A stretch of DNA of 64,000 nt. It comes from Oikopleura dioica (lineage: Eukaryota; Animalia; Chordata). Below are positions 1 through 10,697 of this stretch, one piece after another; the stretch's first letter is position 1, and each line of letters starts with the position of its first letter. The notes under the pieces are model-generated. The model was not told the DNA's origin and searched no databases. It worked only from the letters and a program-made list of their open reading frames with translations. Location of the stretch: assembly GCA_907165135.1 (NCBI GenBank), contig OU015568.1, positions 4,464,001 through 4,528,000 of the forward strand. Direction: 5' to 3'. The position numbers and the translations under genes are program-made.

Positions 1-214
1 TTCTTCCTATTGGAAATTGTGAAGCAGAAATAACCCAATCAGGCATTCCAGGAAGTCGCTGAAGATAGTCAACGAGTCGTTTTTGGTAGTCGATCGCTTC
101 TCGTCTTGATTCGATGAAATCGGACATTGAATGCTCGTTGTTTTCAACGTAAAAATTTGCAACTGATGTTTCGCTTTTTGGAAAAATAAGAAATAAAAGC
201 GTCGAAAAATTCAT
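1..214 (-). CDS. Possible 5' part of a gene running off the left edge (MNFSTLLFLIFPKSETSVANFYVENNEHS...)
   Basis: ATG at 212-214 on the minus strand, open for 71 codons to position 1; hydrophobic N-terminus; an AG lies just upstream. No recognisable domain. Confidence 0.3.
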   Translation of the reverse strand, partial: MNFSTLLFLIFPKSETSVANFYVENNEHSMSDFIESRREAIDYQKRLVDYLQRLPGMPDWVISASQFPIGR

Positions 215-1646
215 CTTTGCCTGTCGCTTTCTGGGAACTTTCTTTTATACACAAAGAAACGTATTTAACATATGCTCCGGATTCGATCCAGAACACTTTT
301 CAATCACTTCCCATTTGTTTTCGCCGACCTGAATAACTAAAACAACAGTTTTGACGCACATACAGTTTTATCTTAAAGTTCACGCCCTCCTCTTTTCTTC
401 CTCCCTTTTTATCCCTTAGAACGTAATCCTCTTTCAACTTTTTGATAAGGACAACATTCAGTTAGGAAGTCTCCCCTCCAAGGGAAGGCAAATAAGCTGA
501 TTTCAACACGAACCCAACGTAGAATTTGGGGATGATGCGAACAAAAGCCAAAGTGTTTTTCTTCAAAAAAAGGGGGAGAAATTTTTAAAAAATTCAGGAG
601 CTTGATCATCACACGCTGATAAAAAGTACTGATAAGCGTTATCGCTGATTTTTAAGCGGCCTTTGAGCTGGCTGACAAATATTCATCGTGGCCGGAAGAA
701 GAAAAATCAGAGACAATTTTGATTTTTTCTTCTTTACTAAAGAAAAAAGTTGCAATTGCAATTATAAAAAATTGAGCAAGCAGCATTCCCCGGATGCTGC
801 ATGGAATTAGTTAGATTTCGGGTCATGTAGCACTTGAACCTGTTATTTATTATTGTTGAGACGGGACTTCGTTAATACGAGATGATTTTAATTGAGGTTC
901 TTTTCAATCTTGAAATGAATTTTTCTAGAGAAAGAATTCCCCCGTTTTCAAGGCTTGGAGTTTTCCCGCACACGTTCTGATACTGTTTCACTTCAGCTCG
1001 ATGCACGTGATTACCCAATGATCCGAGCGAGGTTTGACTAAACTCATTTCGAAGTCAAAAGCAATATGCGGCCGGCGAGCGAGCAAAAAAGCGATTTCCA
1101 CAGCTTCTGAATACTTTAACCAAGTTGAGCAGAGCTGAGTCTTTTTCGGAAAAAAACTTATGAAATTTACTTCTAATTTCAGCCGCCAACTTCAGTGTTG
1201 TTAGAATATCAAGAAAAGAAGCGATAAGAGAGTATCTTCAGTAAATCGAATACCTTCCCAATCTTCGATAGTCTTATCAGTAAGAGGCTTATCAAATAAA
1301 ACCTAACCCTATCGATACGTAGCGCGTAATCTTCTGAGCCGATTTTCGTGAACCCTTCTAAAACGGCGTTAATTCTTGGCCATTGTCTTCGTCTCTTCTT
1401 TTTCTTCTTATCATAAATAGCAGTTTTGGAACCATTGTCAGCATTTATCAGCAGCTCCGCGTTGCTAACTATTCGTTTGCGGAGTGGATACCGTAAATTT
1501 CTAAGCAGCTCAACTAAAAAGCGTAGCAGAAGAAACGTCCGCCCAGATCGCTAGCGGAAATGTTCCGGACGGGTTAAAAACGTGCCGAATATACGAGACA
1601 TACACCCTTAAGAATTTCAAATTTTCGCTGAAAATATTTTTCTTAA

Positions 1647-1935
1647 GGTCGTTTTTAGAATTATCGATCGAAATTACTGTTTTCTCTGAAAATTAAAATA
1701 AGTTTGTGACACCCTTATTTTATGACGAAGAGGGGGTCATTTTTTGTCACCTTACTTGAGTCACTAACCTTAATCGTTAGGGGCTAGCAACGGTTAAGGA
1801 TAGGGACTCAAGTAAGGTGACAAAAGATGATCCTCTTTTTTTCATTAAATAAGGGTGTCACAGTGACACTGTCACTCACATATATGTTAGTTTTCAGAGA
1901 AAACAGAAATTTCGATCGATAATTTTTAAAACGGC
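1647..1935. mobile_element. Palindromic MITE-like (foldback) element
   Basis: Outer arms ggtcgtttttagaattatcgatcgaaattactgttttctctgaaaa / ttttcagagaaaacagaaatttcgatcgataatttttaaaacggcc; inner arms gtgacacccttattt...gtcaccttacttgagtc / gactcaagtaaggtgac...aaataagggtgtcac. No clear TSD. Confidence 0.75.
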
Positions 1936-4900
1936 CCTCTCAGCACTTTCATAAAACGCAAAATTCGAATTCAACAAAATTATTCTGCTTTGTGCTCATA
2001 AAATACATGTCCTTCTATAGTGGCTCGTGCGGTATTTTGGATGGGATTGTTTCGAGAATTCTCTTGAGTTAGAGAACCGCAAAATATTGAAAAAATAATC
2101 GAAAAAGCGGGGCCTGTTATTCAACTCATTTTGAGAAACATGGTCACTAATAAATTGCGAAAGTATGTTTTTTGCGGCTCTAGAATGTTTTTTTTTCAAC
2201 GGGTTTCCCCTTATGTAAGAGGTCAAGCCCTAAGCTAGGGTCCCTAACACTTAGCCCTAAATCAACCATTTCCTTTTTCAAGAAACTAAAAATTGTATTA
2301 ACCAACTATTTACATTCCCAAGTGTAGAAGATGTCACTCGCTGTCCAGTTTCACCAACCCTAGAATTAGCGATGTGTCCATTTCAGGTGCAAACTACTTC
2401 CAAGTGTCTCCGCCTCTGATCCCTCTTTTTCGCGATTCCGGGAGGAGCGGTAGTATTATTATCGGCTCCACCAGCGTCGATTATCGAACCTGTAACCGGC
2501 CATTTGGGAAAGCGAAATTTTCGAAAAAAAATGCAAGTTATTTGCATAACGACTTCACAAATGAGGCCCAGCTTTTTGAGGCGGGCGATAGTTTTTTGAA
2601 TTGAGAATATTCAATTTTTTATCAAAAAAACTTTCGCCTATAATCCATTTTTTCGGGTCAAACCAATTTATGGATCAGGGTTTTGATTGGCCATCAGGAA
2701 AAATACAGCAATCTTATTGGTTATCCGAAAATTCACTTCCAGAAATTCGTTTCGTCCATTTTTTCTGAAAATCAGAGAATTATCTTCATAAAATATTTAT
2801 TATTTCCAAAGGAAAAAATCCAGCATCCTCATTTTTGGCCTTTTCTTCGTCGTTTTCCGTTCTCAAAACTCGTAAATTCAACATCGATGGATTGAAATTT
2901 TCGTAGATTTCCATTTCCTCAAATTCCTCATGAATCTTCTCTCTAAAAAGAAATTTGTGAAACCTTCAAAAACAATATATTTAGCGGCACCTTTGAGATT
3001 TTTCAGGAGCAGCGCAATCTGTTAATCTCTAAAGGAGGTTTAAAAACGACGAAGGCGGAAGTTACTACCTTTAAGAAAAGCTTGAAGGAAGCGTAAAGCA
3101 ATCCCAGTCCGGCGATCAAATAAAAGAAAAATAACCAGCACTAGAAAAAACAACTTTTCTTTTGTTTTCAAAAGTGATTTTTACCTCTCCTTCGCATTTT
3201 CCAATTTCCATTTTTTGACCGTGCTAAAATCAATTTTCTCTTCTTCGGCGACTATTTATCCTTGAATGAAGGCAGTGCCAATTTATTTCTTTTGCTGGAG
3301 TCAAAACGGTCAGCATATTGCTCGAGCTTTGATGAAGCGAATAAAATATCTCAGAATTGATTTCGACGTAAGAATCGCCATCAAAATTAGAGCAGAAAAT
3401 ATCGCATCTAAGTTCATTTTTTTTCTGAAATCTGATTGGTGCAGCGGCCTTATACACAGATCTGATTGGCCGACTTATATTTTTAAAGGTTTAATGAAAA
3501 TTTTAAATGAAAAAAGGTCGCTGATTATATAAGCTATTAAATATTTTTTTATTTAATAAAATTAATAAATTTGCTTAATTATAACAACAGCATTAACTCA
3601 CAATTAATCCTATAGCGCCTTTCAGAAAGAATCGACCCTCTAGCTCCCCTTTTGAAAATCTCCTTGCTCGTGACAACGCATCGAGCGCATAAGGTGGCGC
3701 TAGCGGGCAAAGTTCCGCGCAGTACTGCGCGTAACCATCATGGCCGAAAATTTGCTCCCTTGAATAGTTTTTTTGTACTTTGTATCTTGAGCAACTCGTT
3801 GTGTAATTTTTTTTTCTCAATTGCGGTTTAGGGGTTGACCCAAAAACGCAAAATCAACTGAAATCAAGAGCAAAGAAAAATTTATAATTTTTTTTCGGAA
3901 AAGAGACAGAACTCATCTCAAGAGATAATCTGAGAGATAAGAACATTTGGAAAGAAGAAAAAACAATTTATGATTGAAAAAAATTTGCCCTTTCCTGGAT
4001 CGGCGGTACGCCAATGCGCATCGCCAGATCAGGATGAGGAGAGACGCTTTCAGGAAAAGTTCAGAAACATCAAACGATTTTTCTTTTAAAAATTTTTGAG
4101 TCCATTTTTTTCAAAAAAATATCGAATACAATATGAAAAATGATCTTTCTTTACAATTTTTTAAAGCTTATTTGAAGGTCTCTCGTGAGGCTTTTTTATA
4201 AAAGACTTTTATAAAAAAATTTTTTAAAAAATTAGAACTTTATTTTTCGTGTATTATTTTTTGGGGCTGAAACTAACATTTTTCGATTATTTTTTAAGAA
4301 GGGTGTCACTTTTTTAGCGAAAAACTTATTTATAACTCGTGCTTTTCGAAATACTTACGTAAATGAAGTAAAAAGTCCTCTGATCAATAGACTATTGACA
4401 ATAGTTCTATTAGAAATCCGCTAAGTTGCTTCCCGGAAATGTTATTATTAAATTTGGAAATAATAACCTATTCAGAAAGTCGATTCTAAACATATTTTGT
4501 AAATTCGATCGTGTCAGCGTCGCATTTTTTTCAATCTCGATTCCGCATGTTTGATTTTAAAATGATTAAAATTGTTGTCCCATATTAAAATTACTCAGTC
4601 CGTTTTTTTGACTCTAACTTGGCGATTTAATCACGTGTCTTATTGGGGTCTAAACGAGTTGTTTTTTGAAAAAATCGGATTTGGGTTTTAACTAAAGCTA
4701 AGCTGAATAATATGTTAAGTAACTAATCGGATTTGAAGATAAATTTTTCGAAGAAAAAGTGTGATATTTTCAACCCATCCGCGCTTATTTTAAAGCAATT
4801 TAACCCCTTTTGAGAGGTATGACAAAAAATTGGCGAAACAACGCGGATGGGTTAAAATTTGGTTTTTTCTTGAAAAATATTGAAAATAACTATAGGTTCG

Positions 4901-5263
4901 AGCCCCCAATAAGGAAAAAAGCTCCACAAAAAATTCACTCTTTGCGCAATTTTTAACCCATTCCCGGAAGCAGTCCCGGAAACGCCGGGTGCCAAAAGAA
5001 GCGAAAAAGTTACAGAATAAACTTGACACGGGAATTAGGAGCTCGGTCATTTTAAACGGATTCTTGAAGAGATTCTAGTGCTGCACCACCGCACGTTTTG
5101 AAGACAATGTCAATTTCTTCACTAATCCGGTTTTCTCCAAGGCCAAACCGCCGGAAACTCACCGCCAGATTATGGTCAAGGGCATTGAAAAACACTCTTT
5201 GAGGGAAAAAGTGAAGGACTTTGTCGATTTTTGTTTGACTAAGGGTTTCATCGTCTTATCATA

Positions 5264-5362
5264 AGAGTCATGTAATAAGTCATACATGAGTCATATATAT
5301 GAGTCATTTAATTAGTCACATATATGAGTCATCTGATATGACTCATAAATTTATTTGAGTTA
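5264..5362. repeat. Tandem array of about 8 AP-1-like TGAGTCA/TGACTCA units, 12-14 bp period
   Basis: Perfect TGAGTCA at 5287, 5300, 5325; TGACTCA at 5339; near matches at 5264, 5277, 5312, 5356. Confidence 0.8.
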
Positions 5363-6659
5363 TATGTGTTAAATAAAATAAGGGTGTCCCTAACCGTATT
5401 TTCTTGGAAAAAAATGCTAGAAAATGATGAAGTCGGAGCTGTGAAATTGTCTCAGAACTCACTCTCTAAAAATGAGCTTCTGAAACAAAGTGAAGTGTCC
5501 CTAATAACCCCGGAATTTTCTTCAGCTTTTTCTTTGTTTAAAATTTTTCCGCCCTTCTTGGACTCTGTTTTTTCGTAAATTGATAAAAAAGCGAAAAGTT
5601 ATTCTTTCGAATGCAATTGAAAGACTTTAGATTCGAGAGTGGTGTTATTGCTAGCGAAAGAGAGCATTTTCCAAAGGGCTTTTTTCCGGAATATTCACCC
5701 GTTAGTCTTTTTTTTGCGTTGCTAAGGGGGTTTTTTTATTTGAAATAAAGTAAATTTTTCGCGATAAAGCGAAAAAGGAAACAAAACGCTCCAAAAGGCC
5801 ACAACGTTTACTGATAGTCATCAGTGAAAACGGGGAAAACGTTGTTTAGAGACAGGTTCAACTTTTTTTAACGCTGTCGTCAATTTTTCTGACAAGAGAT
5901 ATCGCAATCTAAGGACGCGTTTTTTTCTTGTAGTTCGGGACTAGTTCAATTGAAAGAAGAAGACTTTAATAGGCTTTAACTTTTCCGGGCGACAATTTTT
6001 TCAAAACTGAGCGTTGATTGGCTTCCTTCTGGCCGGTCACCCCAAATCCGGCCCAATGATTGGTCGAAAATTTCGCTGAATTTTTTTTCGGAAAGTTGTC
6101 GATTTCGATTGTCGAAAAACCGAGAAAAATTTACAAAATTGTTTTTTCGTGTCGAAATTTGTCTCGATTCGCCATCCCTGGCCGTCAGTCTGAAAGTTGA
6201 CTTATCCAAGCGTTCCCGGCCTCTCCAAACTCGGCAGCGTTGAACGTCACTCGCAAGAGCTTTGGGACGCGTATTTGCGTCAGTTTAACGATCTTGGCTG
6301 TCTCGATTTGGCAGGATTAGATGAGTTGATTGAAATGCAATTTTAATTTTCGAAAATTTCGCTGAGGATCCTCGAAAAGGAGCGGTTCAAAATCGAAATT
6401 GCCAAGCCTAATTAAGAGGCAAAAAAGAAAATTCGGAGACACCTCAAGCGCGACCAGCACGGATACAACCTGCGGACAGCCGGTAGACTCTAAGGGTGAC
6501 GATGGGGATAATTAACGAGACGTGAACTCGAACCGACTTCTTCCGGGAAGGAAAGTTCAGGGCGATCGAAAAGTTTGTTTTAGAGGATAGTTTTGAGACA
6601 AGATGGTTTACGTCGAGAATTCATTTTCTTATAGACCAAATTCTTGGTTGTTATGTAAC

Positions 6660-7023
6660 CAAATGTCCCTAAATGTTCCCAAATGTCCTAAATATCTCAG
6701 AATATCTCAAATCTACCGAATGTCCCTGAATGTCCCAATTGTCTCCGAATGTCTCAAATGTCCGTGAATGTCCTGAATGTCTACGGATATCCGTGAATGT
6801 CTCGAATATCCCCAAATGTGTCAAATGTCTCCGAATATCTCAAATTTCCCGAATGTCCATGATTGTCACTGAATCTCCCAATTGACTACGAATGTCTCAA
6901 ATGTCTGTGAATGTCCATGATGTCCCCAGATGTCTCAAATGTCTCTGAATATCTATAACCTCCCGAATGGCTCTAAATGTCTCAAATGTCCCAAATGTTC
7001 TTGAATGTCCCCGAATGTTCCGA
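6660..7023 (+). repeat. Degenerate minisatellite, roughly 38 units of 9-10 bp (consensus AATGTCYCNG/A)
   Basis: Continuous run such as aaatgtccct aaatgttccc aaatgtccta aatatctcag ... aatgtccccg aatgttccg. Confidence 0.9.
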
Positions 7024-7946
7024 AATCAATATCGCTTGAATACAAATTGTGAACTTAGTCTTTCGTAAAAGAATCTAGGGTCATCTTAGTAAGAATGATT
7101 TGAGCGCGTAAAATGGCTTCTATCTGATTCAATCTAAAATTCTTACGCATGAAAAAATGAGAAAAAATGGCGGCAATGATTTAATTCTTCGTCTGCAAAT
7201 TCTAGCGCGCATTCTTCAAATCTTTCGAATGTGTTTTTTCAAAGATAGAAGAGTAGAGTGATGCACTACCTTTCGAAGAAGAAAAGGTTAGATCCACGAG
7301 GCAAAGGTCCTGCTGGAACGCATTAAATACGACCCAGCGGAAGTACTCAGGTCATAAGAAGTGAATTTTGATTTGTCTAGTGAACACACCGGAAAATTTT
7401 CTTCAAAAAGAAAACTCTTTATTTGCATTTTTTTCTTCAATTTCTCTTTTATTTTGCAAATTAAGATTATCTTTTGCAAAAAATAGTATTTTCGAGCCTT
7501 TTTTATAAAAAAGAGTTTGGTCGTTTTGGTAAAATAAGGGTTGAAAATACTGTTAAGACTTAGAACCCTTATATTTAATTCAGTCATCCTTTCTAGCGAA
7601 CAGTCGAAAACCCTAAGCTCCTCTTTGATCCAAACAAAACATTAACAATTTGAATCTAACAATGGTTGCATTTGCAAATTTTCATTACTAGATCCTCTTA
7701 TCCAGCAAGAAGAACAAGTAGAAGCATCAACAACTTTTCGATTTCTTTCGCTCGAAACGAGAAGAAAAATGAGCCCATCTCTTTCTTGGTTGTAAGATAG
7801 ATCACACAAAGAAAAAAACACGCCGGATCTCATTAGACGCATCATTTTAGAAATTGCCCGATAAGAGCTCGTGCTCGATTGAATTCGCACCGCAAAAGTC
7901 AAAAAGAACGACGTTTTGAGCAATAGAGCTGTCGATCAAACGTGGC

Positions 7947-8206
7947 TTGGCGGTAACGCCAAATTTTTTTTTTTCAACAAAAAATTTTACTTTAATTTTC
8001 GAAGACAAAAATTAAGGGTGCAACCATCGATTAACCTTGACTGGGCAGAATGTGTAAAAAACCTGAGTCAGGGTCTTTTAAAGCTTTTAATGACCCTGAC
8101 TCAGGTATGTCGGGTCAAGATTTATCGATGGTTACACCCTTAATTTTTGTCTTCGAATTAGAGTAAAAATTTTATTTGAAGAAATTAAATAAGGCGTTAC
8201 CGCCAA
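7947..8206. mobile_element. Nested palindromic element of about 260 bp
   Basis: ttggcggtaacgcc...ggcgttaccgccaa outer arms; ttcgaagacaaaaattaagggtg...cacccttaatttttgtcttcgaa middle arms; acctgagtcagggtc...gaccctgactcaggt inner arms. Confidence 0.85.
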
Positions 8207-8636
8207 ATTATCAAGCTGATCATTTCTTTGCGGCTAAAAAATACGGGAAAAGCGATGGCTCGTCAGATGAACACCTGCGCAGACGTCGTGAGTGAATTCC
8301 TTATTTTAGTGGAATTCAGTGCCAACTGTCCTCGGAATGCGTGTGTGTGTCCCTTGCTCCAGATGAAACGTCGTTTTGCGGGAGTAAGCTTCTTCCTTTT
8401 TCAACAAGAAAGGATGGACGAAAATATGGAGGAGGGACGTGTTTGATCATTTATGGAATCTTACACGCCGCCGGTCCTAGTACGGATTTCGCATTTTTTG
8501 ATTTCACTTTCTTTTTTGCAAAAGATGAGAGTTTCGTTTGGTCATTTTTGGTCAGATTTTTTTTGCTCATTTATTCGATTTTTGTCTTTTTATCGATCAT
8601 ATTCAGGATTTTTTGTTATTCTTGACCGGTTTTTTA

Positions 8637-8795
8637 GGGATTGTGTTTGGAACCGACTAAAAAATTTCAAAAAAAATTCGCGTAGGCGGCTACTCGGCTG
8701 CTGATTGGCCGGTTTGCTGAATCCAGGCTTCTGATCGGTTGAAAATTTCCACGCAAAATTTGTCGAAATTTTTTGTCGGTTCCAGACACCTCCCC
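8637..8795 (-). mobile_element. MITE family A copy (~160 bp, GGG-type termini, 8 bp TSD gtttttta)
   Basis: TIR (ggg)attgtgtttggaaccgac / gtcggttccagacacctcccc; gtttttta at 8629-8636 and 8796-8803; internal CTGATTGG boxes shared with the other copies. Confidence 0.85.
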
Positions 8796-9408
8796 GTTTT
8801 TTATTATTTCTTGTCGATTTTCTTGCTTTTTTGAGTCAATTTAAGTCATTTGATTTGCTTTTTTCGGATTTTATTTTACAAAATAATAATGAGGTTGATT
8901 TTGGACCAAAAGGGTCATTTATAAAATGAAAACAAAGCTTTTTGGTTATTTTTTGGTCGTAAAATTAACTTAAAAACTTGTTCCCAAAAAGTTAAGTAAT
9001 AAAAAGCACTCCTCGAGTGTGCATTTAGAACAGACCCTTGGACGCTGAAAGTCTGAAGGGCTAGAAATACACAATTTCGCGCGAAAAGCACAAGCGCAGT
9101 TAGCCCAAACGTGGAGCTGAGCAGCTTAGACCCGCTTATTTCGTAAACCTGTTTAACGTTGCGTTCCGAGCAGCGGCTTTGTTTTCTGTTTTTCATTTTT
9201 TGAATTGTTTCTGAACTGATCGGAGCCGAGCCCACCTCGCTTTCCTCTCCCGCCGCCTGGTTATATTGGACAGGTAATGTTCTTTTATACCTTTTATTAT
9301 CAAAAAATCCTTTTGGGACGATGGCTTGAATCAACAAAAAGAGCGCGAAAAAAATAGAAAAATTTCGCTATTTTTTCTAAGATCTGATTGGCCTACCAGC
9401 CAAAAACT

Positions 9409-9568
9409 GGGGAGGTGTCTGGAACCGACAAAAATATTTCGACAAATTTTACGTGGAAATTTTTTGACCGACCAGAAGCCCGGATTCGGCAAATCGACCA
9501 ATCAGAAACCGAGTAGCCGCCCACGCAAAATTTGTCGAAATTTTTTTGTCGGTTCCAGACACCATCCC
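9409..9568 (+). mobile_element. MITE family A copy (8 bp TSD caaaaact)
   Basis: TIR ggggaggtgtctggaaccgacaaaaa / tttttgtcggttccagacaccatccc; caaaaact at 9401-9408 and 9569-9576. Confidence 0.9.
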
Positions 9569-9589
9569 CAAAAACTGTTATCTAATTTC

Positions 9590-9746
9590 GGGGTGGCGCC
9601 AGGAACCGACAAAAAATTTCGACAAATTTTGCGTGGGCGGCTACTCGACTGCTTATTGGCCGGTCAGCCAAGTCCGGGCTTCTGATTGGTTGAAAATTTC
9701 CAAACAAAAGTTGTCGAATTTTTTTTCGATTCGTGACATGACCCCC
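9590..9746 (-). mobile_element. Older MITE family A copy forming the core of a larger palindrome (~9345-9815)
   Basis: ggggtggcgccaggaaccgacaaaaaatttcgac...gacatgaccccc; flanks are inverted (tctaattt / aaattaga) rather than direct and continue as atctgattggcctaccagccaaaaact / agtttttgcctggttggccaatcagat. Confidence 0.75.
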
Positions 9747-10697
9747 AAATTAGATGTCAGTTTTTGCCTGGTTGGCCAATCAGATTTTCAAAAAAAAAAT
9801 AAGAGAAACTTTTCTTCTTTTTCGCGGGATTATTACATTTTAAGACCCGATTTTCATCAATTATTTTCGCCGGATTTCGAAAATGATTTATAGTTACATT
9901 TTCCTCCTTACATAAGATAAGATAAGAAACAAGTAGAAAACATGATCATTCATTCCCTTCTTGTCGTTTTCATCCTTTTTTCGCCGCGTCCGGATGTTCT
10001 CGCCAATTTCTCCACCGCGCGCTATCGTCAAATCCTGTTCTAATTCATTTTAGAAGCGCCCCAAGAAAAAACCGCTTTTCTTCCTCATTTGGGATTACGT
10101 AGCCCGGACGTCGCAAAACGGGAAATTCATTTTAACGCTTACCTCAGATAGTCAAGTCAAGAAAAAAAGGAGACTTAAGCCAGTTTTAGCGACGAAAACA
10201 TGCATTTTTTCAAGCAGGCTTTGTCATTTTCGCGTGTTACTTGAACGCGTAAACAATTGTTTTAGACGGTTTCTTGCGCTAGAAAAAATGAAAAGCATAT
10301 TTTTATCGCAAACAAAATTATCGAAAATTGTTCAATAAAGAACGAAACCAGGGCAAAAAGTAACATTTATAATTCAAAAGTTGCTTTGAAAACAATTTTT
10401 TTTCTTGAATGAATGAAAATTGTTATCCAATTTTAGGGTAAACACACCTACCGCAAATCGGCACTCAATTTTTTTCTTCTAATGAGAGTAAGAATTTCAC
10501 AACTTATTGACTAACTTGCTCCTTTTTCACGCAACTGGCTTATCAATAATTAAAACAACTACTTACCAAGGAAAAAATCAAGAGGAAAAACATTCAAGTT
10601 ATTTTCTTTGGCCCTTGAGGTTACTATTGTACCTCGAATATTGAGCAAAAAAACAAGCTAAAAACTTCCCTAGAACTTTGCAAATCCGCACTGCATC

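Noticed and set aside
180-225. Minus-strand frame reading KDEFFDAFISYF, reminiscent of a TIR-domain box 1
   Set aside because: The frame closes after about 12 more codons, and a different frame gives the longer open reading; treated as chance.
5069-6500. Exon-like plus-strand fragments (CCTTARFEDNVNFF..., VPGLSKLGSVERHSQELWDAYL..., LRILEKERFKIEIAK...)
   Set aside because: They look coding, but I could not join them with consistent splice phases and they contain in-frame stops. Possibly a decayed gene; not supportable as a feature.
6660-7023. Possible CRISPR-like array
   Set aside because: The units are contiguous 9-10 bp degenerate repeats with no unique spacers; this is eukaryotic minisatellite DNA.
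8341-9893. ORF-track proteins of 83-140 aa in 8.3-9.9 kb
   Set aside because: Most are read-throughs of MITE family A and Phe/Lys-rich low-complexity DNA.
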